Assembly: GCA_031556755.1 (NCBI GenBank)
Contig: JAVBSK010000248.1
Coordinates: forward strand, 1 to 30,168
Direction: 5' to 3'
Origin: Bacteroidales bacterium
GTDB taxonomy: Bacteria > Bacteroidota > Bacteroidia > Bacteroidales > Azobacteroidaceae
DNA: 30,168 nt
Shown here: positions 1 to 8,897 of the stretch, piece after piece
How positions within the stretch are numbered: position 1 is the first letter of the stretch
Layout: the number at the start of each line of letters is the position of its first letter
The notes under the pieces: model-generated
Databases searched by the model: none
What the model saw: the letters and a program-made list of their open reading frames with translations, nothing else
Told to the model about the DNA's origin: nothing
Program-made: the position numbers and the translations under genes

Positions 1-231
1 TGTATAAAGGATCACATGTACAAAAACGATTATTACAACTGTCAATATCATAAACGGAGGAACCGGTTTGTAAGCAACTGCGGAAATCAATCCCAGCACC
101 AGACATATTGCAAAAAACAAAACGACCGATGTGGAATATGGCAAGACTTCCAACATCAGCAAAAAACAAGGAATCGGAATAATTCCCATTGCCGGATTAC
201 GAAAATTGAGTTTATATTTTGTTTCTTTCAT
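1..231 (-). CDS. Partial polytopic membrane protein; only the N-terminal 77 aa are present and it runs off the window start
   Basis: Not in the ORF track; translated by hand from ATG at 231 (alternative ATG at 237): MKETKYKLNFRNPAMGIIPIPCFLLMLEVLPYSTSVVLFFAICLVLGLISAVAYKPVPPFMILTVVIIVFVHVILYT. Open to base 1, about 3 hydrophobic segments, same strand as lipA and 77 bp downstream of it. Confidence 0.75.
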   Translation of the reverse strand, partial: MKETKYKLNFRNPAMGIIPIPCFLLMLEVLPYSTSVVLFFAICLVLGLISAVAYKPVPPFMILTVVIIVFVHVILYT

Positions 232-308
232 ACACATTTCAATCTTAAAAGCACCTTATGAATGGTACCTTATAACAACTAATTAATCCTATTTGTTTTT
301 GTGTAATT

Positions 309-1145
309 CTATTTGCAGAAATCAATAGAATGATAAGAAGAACGTACTAACGGCGCACTTCTCACATGGATAAAACCTTTATCTTTTGCAACAATTCCGT
401 ATTTTTCAAAGACATCGGGATGGATGTATTCCGATACCGGCACATTCTTCCGTGAAGGTTGCAGGTATTGTCCTATGGAGAGATAGAAACAGCCGGCATT
501 CAATAAATCATCGAATAAATCAAAAACTTCGGCTCGGGTTTCTCCCAATCCCAACATCAATCCTGATTTGGCTTTGTTTCCCGAAGAAGAAATATATTTC
601 AGCACATCCAAACTAGTTTCGTACCGCGCAACACTCCGGATTTGGGGAGTCAATCTTCGTACGGTTTCCATATTATGTGATATAATGTCAGGCTGTTCTT
701 TGATAATCATATCCAGCAGACGCTTTTCAGCTTTGAAATCGGGAATCAAGACCTCCATCGTCACGGAAGGAGCGATTTGTTTGATCTGAGCAATTGTCTT
801 CGCCCAGTGAGAAGCCCCATAATCCGGTAAATCATCGCGATCTACCGACGTCAAAACGACATGTTTCAACTGCATGGAAAGAACAGATTCAGCAATTCTT
901 TCAGGTTCTCCTGGATCAAGCGGCAAAGGTTTGCCTGTTTGTGTATTACAGAACCGGCAGGAACGGGTACAGATATCTCCCGCAATCATAAAAGTCGCAG
1001 TTCCTTTGTTCCAGCATTCTCCCATATTCGGGCACTTTCCGCTTTGACAGATTGTGTGTAACTTATTTTCTCCTATTATTTTTCCTGTTTCGGAAAATGT
1101 CTTGTTGTTTCCAAGAGAAATTTTGAGCCATTCGGGCTTACGCAT
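309..1145 (-). CDS. lipA: Lipoyl synthase (radical SAM)
   Basis: N-terminal RKPEWLK; auxiliary cluster motif CX4CX5C (CQSGKCPNMGEC); radical SAM CX3CX2C (CTRSCRFC); SVDRDDL; C-terminal VRSSYH. Confidence 0.97.
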   Translation of the reverse strand: MRKPEWLKISLGNNKTFSETGKIIGENKLHTICQSGKCPNMGECWNKGTATFMIAGDICTRSCRFCNTQTGKPLPLDPGEPERIAESVLSMQLKHVVLTSVDRDDLPDYGASHWAKTIAQIKQIAPSVTMEVLIPDFKAEKRLLDMIIKEQPDIISHNMETVRRLTPQIRSVARYETSLDVLKYISSSGNKAKSGLMLGLGETRAEVFDLFDDLLNAGCFYLSIGQYLQPSRKNVPVSEYIHPDVFEKYGIVAKDKGFIHVRSAPLVRSSYHSIDFCK

Positions 1146-1232
1146 ATATTTATTGGATAAAACAGTAGATATAAAGAAGTTAAATCTATAAAGATTGTAT
1201 CAACCGATTTCAATCCCGAAACCGGATTTATT

Positions 1233-3401
1233 CTATTTCAATTGACTGTTGAGAAATTCCGTCATTCTCGTATATAAGTGATAACGGGTCTTACTGCCCA
1301 ACAAGCTATGGTTCTTACCTGTATAAATTTGCATATCAAATTGTTTACCTGCTTCCACCAAAGCATCTGCATAGTACAATGTATTTTGATAATGTACATT
1401 ATCATCGGAAGTTCCGTGAATCAGTAGTAATTTTCCCTGTAAATTCTGCACAAAACTAATGGGAGAAGAATTGGTATATCCCGTAAAATTCTCGTTAGGC
1501 GTACGCATGAATCTTTCCGTATAAACCGTATTGTAATATTTCCAGCTTGTAACCGGGGCGACTGCAACGCCCGCCTTGAAAACATCTGTTTTACTCATCG
1601 ACATCAGGGTGTTATATCCGCCATAGCTCCAACCCCAGATAGCCATATTGTTTTTATCCACATAAGGCAAGGTTGCCAGGTAATCAGCGGCAGCGATCTG
1701 GTCATCGGATTCCAATTGACCCAGATTCATATAAGTACACTTTCTGAACTCTTCTCCACGGGCGCCTGTACCCCTCCCATCGACACACACAACGATATAA
1801 CCGGCGGCAGACAGATAATACTCCCAATCTATTTTAAATCTGTCCAACACTTCCTGACTTCCGGGACCACTGTATTGATACATCACAACAGGATATTTCT
1901 TGCCGGGAGAAAAATTCAAAGGTTTGACCATCCATCCATTCAATTCCATGCCTTGCGGGAGGTTGAAAGAAAAAAATTCTTTCGTTGCCAACTTGATATT
2001 CGATAACTTATCTTGCAGGGCTTTATTATCTTCCAGCAATACAAGTTCTTTTCCCTTGGCTGTTTCTTGAATGGTAGTAACCGTCGGAGTAACCGCATTC
2101 GAAAACTGGTTGATAAAATAATTGAAATTATCGTTGAATGAAGCGTTGTTAGTTCCGGTTTTCAGAGATAATTTTGTTTTGTTTCCTTTAATATCAATTT
2201 TATAAACCGCCCTTCTCAATGGACTTTCCTCCGCAGACTGGTAGTATACTGTTTGAGATACAGGGTCAATCCCATAACAAGCTGTCACATCCCAATTTCC
2301 GGAAGTCAATTGTTTTTGTAGAACTCCCGTAAGAGAATAGAGATAAATATGAGTAAATCCGCTTTTCTCGCTCAAATAAACAAAATGTTGAGGAGTGAAA
2401 GAAATGAACTTCAACAGGTCGGGATCAATATAAAATTTATTTTCCTCTTTCAGAACCAGTTTTGAAACTGCCGATTTAGGGTTTACATAATACATCGAAA
2501 AAACATTCTGCGCACGGTTCAATGTCATTACGGCCAATTGTTCAGGACTGGTTGTAAATCTGATCAGAGGAATATAGTCATCCGACTCCATCGGAACATT
2601 CATTTTTTTGATATCTTTTGTCTCTACATTGTAGGAATAACATCCCACAACAGCATTTTTCTCCCCTGCTTTCGGATACTTGAACGATTGAAATCCGGGA
2701 TATAAAGAACCATCAAATAGCTGCATATCAAACGAAGGCACCTGAGCCTCGTCAAATTTAACAAATGCCAACATCTTACTATCCGGAGACCAGGACATCA
2801 AATTGGTGATAATAAACTCTTCTTCATATACCCAGTCGGTGATTCCGTTCAGAATCTTGCCTATAGCGCCATCCCTGGTCACCTGAGACTCCGTGTCGTA
2901 ATCGAATTTTTTCAGCCATATATTGTTATCTTTCACATAGGCACACATTCTTCCATCCGGAGAAAAAGTCGGAATCATCGCCTTTCCTTTTGTATCCGAG
3001 AGAGGTTTCAGAAAATTCCTTCTTACATCATAATCATAAAAATCCGCTTTCCATGAACGACGGTATATATATTCCTCATTGTTCCAAACTATAATTCTGA
3101 AGCCATTTGGACTGATTACATAACCGGAAATAGCATCTAAAACGGTTTCTCTGACCGTTTTTACATCGAAAACAACTCCAACTTCTTTTCCATCCTTATA
3201 TGCATATTTCAAAATCTTCGTTTTATCCGTGCTTAACATCGTATAATGCTCCCCATCGGGCATAGACTGAATGTCGGGAACCTGTCGCGGAACAAATTTC
3301 CTGTCTGTAATGTCTTTCAAATTAATAGCCTGTTGTCCATTTTGAGAATTTATAACGGAAGTAGACAAAAATAATAAAATCAAAAAAAATACGCATCTCA
3401 T
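1233..3401 (-). CDS. dpp4: Dipeptidyl peptidase IV (S9B family), secreted
   Basis: Signal peptide; DWVYEEE motif in the propeller; nucleophile GWSYGG; HGTSDDNVH (Asp); NHS (His); 722 aa. Confidence 0.93.
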   Translation of the reverse strand: MRCVFFLILLFLSTSVINSQNGQQAINLKDITDRKFVPRQVPDIQSMPDGEHYTMLSTDKTKILKYAYKDGKEVGVVFDVKTVRETVLDAISGYVISPNGFRIIVWNNEEYIYRRSWKADFYDYDVRRNFLKPLSDTKGKAMIPTFSPDGRMCAYVKDNNIWLKKFDYDTESQVTRDGAIGKILNGITDWVYEEEFIITNLMSWSPDSKMLAFVKFDEAQVPSFDMQLFDGSLYPGFQSFKYPKAGEKNAVVGCYSYNVETKDIKKMNVPMESDDYIPLIRFTTSPEQLAVMTLNRAQNVFSMYYVNPKSAVSKLVLKEENKFYIDPDLLKFISFTPQHFVYLSEKSGFTHIYLYSLTGVLQKQLTSGNWDVTACYGIDPVSQTVYYQSAEESPLRRAVYKIDIKGNKTKLSLKTGTNNASFNDNFNYFINQFSNAVTPTVTTIQETAKGKELVLLEDNKALQDKLSNIKLATKEFFSFNLPQGMELNGWMVKPLNFSPGKKYPVVMYQYSGPGSQEVLDRFKIDWEYYLSAAGYIVVCVDGRGTGARGEEFRKCTYMNLGQLESDDQIAAADYLATLPYVDKNNMAIWGWSYGGYNTLMSMSKTDVFKAGVAVAPVTSWKYYNTVYTERFMRTPNENFTGYTNSSPISFVQNLQGKLLLIHGTSDDNVHYQNTLYYADALVEAGKQFDMQIYTGKNHSLLGSKTRYHLYTRMTEFLNSQLK

Positions 3402-3427
3402 ATATCAACCTTTATTTTATAAGAATA

Positions 3428-3435
3428 CAAAACTA
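3428..3435 (-). promoter_or_regulatory. Candidate Bacteroidetes -7 promoter box for dpp4 (proximal)
   Basis: The minus strand reads TAGTTTTG (TAnnTTTG consensus), 26 bp upstream of the dpp4 ATG. Confidence 0.5.
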
Positions 3436-3501
3436 TCAATGGTTTTTGAATACACCTTATCCTGCCATTCAGCATCTAACAGTAAAGAAAAAAAGGAAGC
3501 A

Positions 3502-3509
3502 CAAAGATA
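3502..3509 (-). promoter_or_regulatory. Candidate Bacteroidetes -7 promoter box for dpp4 (distal)
   Basis: The minus strand reads TATCTTTG(TG), 11 bp after the stop codon of the upstream membrane gene. Confidence 0.55.
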
Positions 3510-3520
3510 CAAAAATTGTT

Positions 3521-5131
3521 TTATTCTTTCTCCTTGTCAATAGGAATACTTTTGAATCCGTCTTCAGGATCACTCCCTCTCATCATCGGAAGAGATCCTG
3601 TTTTTTTATACATAAAACGCAAATAGCTCTTTTTCACACAAGGAACAGGGCCGTCTCCGGTAAGATAAATCAAACCCGATTGATCCGAAGGATTGAAATA
3701 ATAAAAATTAAGACAAGGCTTTTGTTCATAAGTCAACTCCGGATATTTGGTAATATACGAAGGCTGAATCAGATATCGGATCTGAAATGTGTCTACTCTC
3801 AATAAAGTTGAAGTGATATTCAGCAACCGGCCGTATTCAAATCCAATAAAAACAGGAATAGCAGTGATCAAAACAGACAAATAAATCAAAATGGATAATA
3901 ACCGGGGCTTCAGATTAATTCCGGACAAAAGGAAAGCTACCGGATAAAACAGGACCGGGAGTAAATAACGAAACTGGCTGTAAGAAAACAAAATCAACAA
4001 AAACGCCAATGTAAAAAACAAAAAAACTGGTAATTCTTTTCTTCTTTTAAAACTTACCCAAGCATACAATACATAAGCCAGGGAAGAAAATACAAACAAA
4101 ATAACACTCATTAAATCATTTGATCCGAAGGATTTAAAATTGAAATTATCTTCAGGAGCGATCACATTTATACCCTTCGGAACCGTCCAATCCAACGGAA
4201 ACGAAAATCCCATATAAGGAGCAAACGGACATCCGGAAAGCCAGACGCCTTTAACGACATATATAATTCCCAAGAATAAGGAATAACAAAGCGCCACTTT
4301 CCAATTCTTCTTGTTCAGTAGAAAAAATATCAAGACCAGAATAGGAACTATACTGAACTTCAGAAATATCAAAAATACGGATAATAAAATCGCCAGTAAA
4401 CTTCCATCCTTCGTTCTGTTTAACACCAAATAAATAACAATCAATGTAATCAGAAAAAGAGGGAGATCCACCGACGGCGCATCGACAAACTGGAACCAGA
4501 AAATAAAAAATACCGGAAGAAAAAAAAGCCAACGATTGGTTTGATATTCCGAATATTTCCTTGCGGTATTGATCTTTTCAAGCCATAAACAAGTCGTTAA
4601 ACAAATAAGAAGTCCATTGATGTCATTGAACCGGGCATAGCAAAAATTAAGATTATAGGCCGCCTGCAAAGCATGCCAGCCGCTACCGTGACTGAGATAG
4701 ACATGCAAATTTGCCAAGCCTTTCACCCATCCATATTCGTTGATCCATTCGATTGTTTGGATGTAATACGTTTCATTATCAATCAAAAACGGGAATAAAG
4801 AACTCCGGACGGCGCTCAGCAGAATGACCAACAATAATAATATCTTACAAAATCTGTCCCAGTGAGTGAGTTGTATTATTTTTTCCCTCCAGACCTTTCC
4901 GAAGCGAAAAAATAAGGCGGCCGTAAATACGACATTCAAACAAAAATATTCTATGTGAATCCGATAAAAAAATGCAAAAACCGTTACGACAATCGTTTGA
5001 AAAACCATTCCTAACAAAAATGATTCTCCAATCGTTTTCAATCTCGACCTGAACATGCAATAATTAATCAGCTCTCCTTGTAGGGAAATCACCCGCACCG
5101 GATATATCCAGGATAACAATATCAACAACAT
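3521..5131 (-). CDS. Polytopic membrane protein, LIC_10190-like family; possible GT-C-fold glycosyl- or other transferase
   Basis: 536 aa with more than 10 hydrophobic segments. The segment DNETYYIQTIEWINEYGWVKGLANLH follows the third or fourth TM and resembles, from memory, the LIC_10190 family. It has a small soluble C-terminal domain. Function is inferred only. Confidence 0.7.
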   Translation of the reverse strand: MLLILLSWIYPVRVISLQGELINYCMFRSRLKTIGESFLLGMVFQTIVVTVFAFFYRIHIEYFCLNVVFTAALFFRFGKVWREKIIQLTHWDRFCKILLLLVILLSAVRSSLFPFLIDNETYYIQTIEWINEYGWVKGLANLHVYLSHGSGWHALQAAYNLNFCYARFNDINGLLICLTTCLWLEKINTARKYSEYQTNRWLFFLPVFFIFWFQFVDAPSVDLPLFLITLIVIYLVLNRTKDGSLLAILLSVFLIFLKFSIVPILVLIFFLLNKKNWKVALCYSLFLGIIYVVKGVWLSGCPFAPYMGFSFPLDWTVPKGINVIAPEDNFNFKSFGSNDLMSVILFVFSSLAYVLYAWVSFKRRKELPVFLFFTLAFLLILFSYSQFRYLLPVLFYPVAFLLSGINLKPRLLSILIYLSVLITAIPVFIGFEYGRLLNITSTLLRVDTFQIRYLIQPSYITKYPELTYEQKPCLNFYYFNPSDQSGLIYLTGDGPVPCVKKSYLRFMYKKTGSLPMMRGSDPEDGFKSIPIDKEKE

Positions 5132-5156
5132 GAGTTTATGATATAAATTGAATCCG

Positions 5157-5164
5157 CAAATCTA
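5157..5164 (-). promoter_or_regulatory. Candidate -7 promoter box for the LIC_10190-like gene
   Basis: The minus strand reads TAGATTTG(CG), 25 bp upstream of the ATG at 5131. Confidence 0.55.
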
Positions 5165-5253
5165 TTCATATTTTTCCACTTACATACAAAAAAACAAAAG
5201 CAGATATACATATTTTGTTGAGTTCGAACAGTTTCTTGTTTTACAAAAATAAT

Positions 5254-5261
5254 TATCTTTG
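5254..5261 (+). promoter_or_regulatory. -7 promoter box for the GNAT-parE-coaD cluster
   Basis: TATCTTTG(TG), 43 bp upstream of the ATG at 5305. Confidence 0.65.
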
Positions 5262-5304
5262 TGCGTTTAAATAAAATATAACTGTCTTAAAAGATATCAT
5301 TTGA

Positions 5305-6432
5305 ATGGCCGTAAAAATTGTTGAAGTAACCAACGATTCAATGTTGAGGGAGTTTGTTGAATACAACATCAAACTCTATGAGGATTGTCCTTATCATGTT
5401 CCCACATTGATTTCGGACGAAATAATGACTCTGAATTCAAAATGCAATCCTGCCTTTGAGTTTTGCGATGCAAAGTATTTTCTGGCTTACAAAAATGGAA
5501 GTATCGTAGGAAGAATCGCCGGAATCATCAATCACAGAGCCAATACAACATGGAAGCAGCAATACGCCCGTTTCAGTTTCGTCGACTTCATTGATGACCA
5601 CGAAGTTTCAAAAACATTGTTCGAAACAGTTGAAAATTGGGCCAAATCACAAGGAATGGTAGCCTTACAGGGACCACTCGGATTTACCGACCTGGATCAT
5701 GAAGGACTGTTAATTTACGGATTCGAAGAGTTGGGGACCATGGCCACATGTTACAGTTATCCTTATTACAAGGAACATTTTGAAAGACTGGGATTTGTCA
5801 AAGATCAGGATTGGCATGAATTCAGAATCAAAATTCCCGAAAAAACACCTGAAAAATTTCAGAAAGTAGCAGACGTCGTTTCCCAAAGGTATGGGTTGAA
5901 AGTCAAGAAGTTCAAAAAAACAAAGGAAATATGGCCTTATGCTTCCCGAATATTTGAATTGTGGAACGAAGCCTACAAACCTTTATACGGATACTCGGCG
6001 CTGTCTCCCAGGCAAATAGAATATTACATCAAAATGTATATTCCGATGCTGCGGCTGGATCTGGTCACCCTGATCGTAAGAGAAAGCGACGATTCTGTGG
6101 TCGGCGTAGGGATTACATTGCCCAACTTATCAATAGCTTTACAGAAATCAAGAGGAAATCTGATGCCTTTTGGTTGGATATACCTGCTCAAAGCGCTTTA
6201 TATGAAAAATGATGTCGTAGACTTATACATCATCGGCGTATTGCCTGAATACCAGAACAAAGGTGTCAACGCTATGGTATTTGCAGACTTAATCCCTATT
6301 TATAACCAGAAAGGATACATTTATGCAGAAAGTAATCCCGAATTGGAATTAAATACTAAAGTACAATCCCAGTGGGGATTATTCGACATCAGACATCATA
6401 AAACAAGGAGAGCGTTTATAAAACGTTTTTAA
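5305..6432 (+). CDS. YghO-like GNAT acyltransferase; probable bacterial ceramide synthase (bCerS, B. thetaiotaomicron BT_3032-like)
   Basis: Motifs GRIAGIIN, GPLGFTDLDHEGLLIYGF, YSYPYY, GVLPEYQNKGVNA (acyl-CoA-binding GNAT motif) and AESNPELELN. Its position immediately before parE-coaD-ctp matches my recollection of BT_3032 to BT_3035. The GNAT call is firm; the bCerS call is by recall. Confidence 0.75.
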   Translation: MAVKIVEVTNDSMLREFVEYNIKLYEDCPYHVPTLISDEIMTLNSKCNPAFEFCDAKYFLAYKNGSIVGRIAGIINHRANTTWKQQYARFSFVDFIDDHEVSKTLFETVENWAKSQGMVALQGPLGFTDLDHEGLLIYGFEELGTMATCYSYPYYKEHFERLGFVKDQDWHEFRIKIPEKTPEKFQKVADVVSQRYGLKVKKFKKTKEIWPYASRIFELWNEAYKPLYGYSALSPRQIEYYIKMYIPMLRLDLVTLIVRESDDSVVGVGITLPNLSIALQKSRGNLMPFGWIYLLKALYMKNDVVDLYIIGVLPEYQNKGVNAMVFADLIPIYNQKGYIYAESNPELELNTKVQSQWGLFDIRHHKTRRAFIKRF

Positions 6433-6518
6433 GTCATTAGTTGTTGGATTAAATACCAAGATCAAAATAAAGAAATATATCTGATTGAAAACAGCAAAAT
6501 AAATATTTCATTCTTTCT

Positions 6519-8381
6519 ATGGAAGAGAACAACATACAAGCTATCGCAAACGAAGTAGAATACAGCGAAGACAATATCAAAACGCTTGAATGGTGGGAAC
6601 ATATTCGTCGCCGTCCGGGAATGTACATAGGAAAACTCGGAGATGGCACTTATGCCGACGACGGAATTTATGTCTTACTAAAAGAAGTCTTGGACAATGC
6701 GATGGACGAATACATGATGGGATACGGAAAAATAATACGTATCACCATTGATGAAGGTGTTGTAACTATCCGCGATTATGGACGGGGTATCCCTTTGGGT
6801 AAAGTGGTGGACGCATCCTCCAGAATGAATACGGGAGGAAAATACGATTCCAAAGCATTCAAAAAGTCCGTAGGACTGAATGGAGTCGGAATCAAAGCCG
6901 TCAATGCCCTATCTTCCAACATGTTGGTACAAAGTTTTCGCGATGGAGAGACAAAAGCGGTAGAATATTGTCGCGCTCAAATCGTCGATGATCTGCCCAT
7001 ACGTTCTTCTCATGAACAGAATGGCACTCTGGTTAACTTCATTCCCGATGAGGAAATTTTCAAAGGATATGAATTCAAGGACGAATATGTTGAAGCTTTA
7101 CTGAAAAACTATGTATTCCTGAATTCCGGATTAACCATCGAGTACAACGGCAAAAAATTTTATTCCAGAAACGGACTGGTGGATTTGCTGAATGAATATA
7201 TGACATCCGATCCGCTATATCCTATTATTCACCTGCAGGGAGAAGATATTGAAGTCGTTCTCACTCATGCGAACCAGTACGGAGAAGAATATTATTCATT
7301 CGTCAACGGACAACATACGACACAAGGGGGAACTCATTTATCCGCATTTCGCGAATCTGCGACAAAAGTCATCAAAGAATATTTCAACAAGAACTTTGAA
7401 TACGCCGATATCCGCAGCGGATTCATTGCCGCCATCAGCATCAAAGTAGAAGAACCCGTTTTTGAATCCCAGACCAAAACAAAGCTGGGTTCCAAAGACA
7501 TGGGACCCGAAGGACCTTCCGTCGCCAAATTTATCGGAGATTTCATCAAAAAAGAGTTAGACAACTTCCTGCATAAACATTCGGAGACTGCAGAAAACAT
7601 GCTGAAAAAAATCATGGATTCTGAAAAAGAGCGCAAAGCGATTGCAGGAGTTACTAAATTAGCCAGGGAACGGGCAAAAAAAGCAAACCTTCATAACAAA
7701 AAACTGAGGGATTGCCGCATACATTACAGCGATCACAAAGGAGAGAATCTGGATGAAACATGCATCTTCATCACGGAAGGAGATTCCGCCAGCGGTTCCA
7801 TCACGCAAAGCCGAGACCCGAACTTTCAGGCGGTATTTAGTCTGAGGGGAAAACCGTTGAATTGTTTTGGATTGACAAAGAAAATCGTATATGAAAACGA
7901 GGAATTCAATTTGCTCCAGGCGGCATTGAATATAGAAGACGGACTGGAAGGATTGCGCTACAACAAAGTGATTATAGCCACCGACGCAGATGTGGACGGA
8001 ATGCACATCCGCTTGCTGATCATCACTTTTTTCCTGCAATTTTTCCCCGATCTGATCAAAAATAATCATGTTTTCATCCTGCAAACGCCTCTGTTCCGCG
8101 TCAGAAACAAAAAAGAAACCATCTATTGTTATTCGGAAGAAGAACGCATCGCCGCCATAGAGAAACTGAAACCCAATCCGGAAATCACCCGGTTCAAAGG
8201 ATTAGGGGAAATTTCGCCTTCCGAGTTCAAAAATTTCATTGGTAAAGACTTACGTCTAGACCCCGTAACGATGAAAAAACAAGATTCCGTGAAAGAAATG
8301 CTGGAGTTTTACATGGGAAAAAACACATCGGAACGTCAAAATTTCATCATCGAAAACTTAGTCATTGAGGAGGATGTATAA
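6519..8381 (+). CDS. parE: DNA topoisomerase IV subunit B
   Basis: [12 protein letters not shown]; GHKL ATPase motifs [22 protein letters not shown]; TOPRIM motifs TEGDSA and TDADVDG; RFKGLGEI; 620 aa with no GyrB insertion. Confidence 0.92.
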   Translation: MEENNIQAIANEVEYSEDNIKTLEWWEHIRRRPGMYIGKLGDGTYADDGIYVLLKEVLDNAMDEYMMGYGKIIRITIDEGVVTIRDYGRGIPLGKVVDASSRMNTGGKYDSKAFKKSVGLNGVGIKAVNALSSNMLVQSFRDGETKAVEYCRAQIVDDLPIRSSHEQNGTLVNFIPDEEIFKGYEFKDEYVEALLKNYVFLNSGLTIEYNGKKFYSRNGLVDLLNEYMTSDPLYPIIHLQGEDIEVVLTHANQYGEEYYSFVNGQHTTQGGTHLSAFRESATKVIKEYFNKNFEYADIRSGFIAAISIKVEEPVFESQTKTKLGSKDMGPEGPSVAKFIGDFIKKELDNFLHKHSETAENMLKKIMDSEKERKAIAGVTKLARERAKKANLHNKKLRDCRIHYSDHKGENLDETCIFITEGDSASGSITQSRDPNFQAVFSLRGKPLNCFGLTKKIVYENEEFNLLQAALNIEDGLEGLRYNKVIIATDADVDGMHIRLLIITFFLQFFPDLIKNNHVFILQTPLFRVRNKKETIYCYSEEERIAAIEKLKPNPEITRFKGLGEISPSEFKNFIGKDLRLDPVTMKKQDSVKEMLEFYMGKNTSERQNFIIENLVIEEDV

Positions 8382-8864
8382 ATGAAAAAAACAGCTATAT
8401 TCCCTGGAACTTTCGACCCTTTTACCATCGGACACGAATCGATCGTAAAAAGAGGATTGAATTTCGTCGATGAAATAGTGATTGCTATCGGAGTCAATCA
8501 GAATAAAAAAACTTTTTTTTCGTTGGAAGACAGGATCAAAATGATTTCATCCCTGTTTGAAAATGAAGCTCGCGTCAGTGTCAACCATTACGACATTCTG
8601 ACAGTAGATTTTGCAACGAATATCGGAGCTCAATTCATACTGAGAGGCATTCGTTCCGTGAGCGATTTCGAGTATGAAAAAAACATTGCCGACGTCAACC
8701 GCAAAATATCGGGAATAGAAACTTTTGTTTTATATACGGAACCGGAACATACTCATATCAGTTCTTCCATCGTCAGGGAATTGTTGATATACGGGAAAAA
8801 TATAGATGATTTTGTTCCTGAAAAATTAGATATCCACAGGTATATATCAGATAAAAAACTATAA
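8382..8864 (+). CDS. coaD: Phosphopantetheine adenylyltransferase
   Basis: FPGTFDPFTIGH, LRGIRSVSDFEYE, ISSSIVREL. The ATG directly abuts the parE TAA, suggesting translational coupling. Confidence 0.97.
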   Translation: MKKTAIFPGTFDPFTIGHESIVKRGLNFVDEIVIAIGVNQNKKTFFSLEDRIKMISSLFENEARVSVNHYDILTVDFATNIGAQFILRGIRSVSDFEYEKNIADVNRKISGIETFVLYTEPEHTHISSSIVRELLIYGKNIDDFVPEKLDIHRYISDKKL

Positions 8865-8897
8865 ACTTAATTTTAGAAACTTGCTAATTCACTCAAA

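Noticed and set aside
16-261. 81 aa plus-strand ORF in the track
   Set aside because: It is the antisense shadow of the hydrophobic minus-strand frame 1-231. Its Q/N/R/C-rich composition is what the reverse complement of membrane-protein codons gives.
3446-3805. 119 aa plus-strand ORF
   Set aside because: Antisense to the LIC_10190-like gene and across the dpp4 promoter; no recognisable motif.
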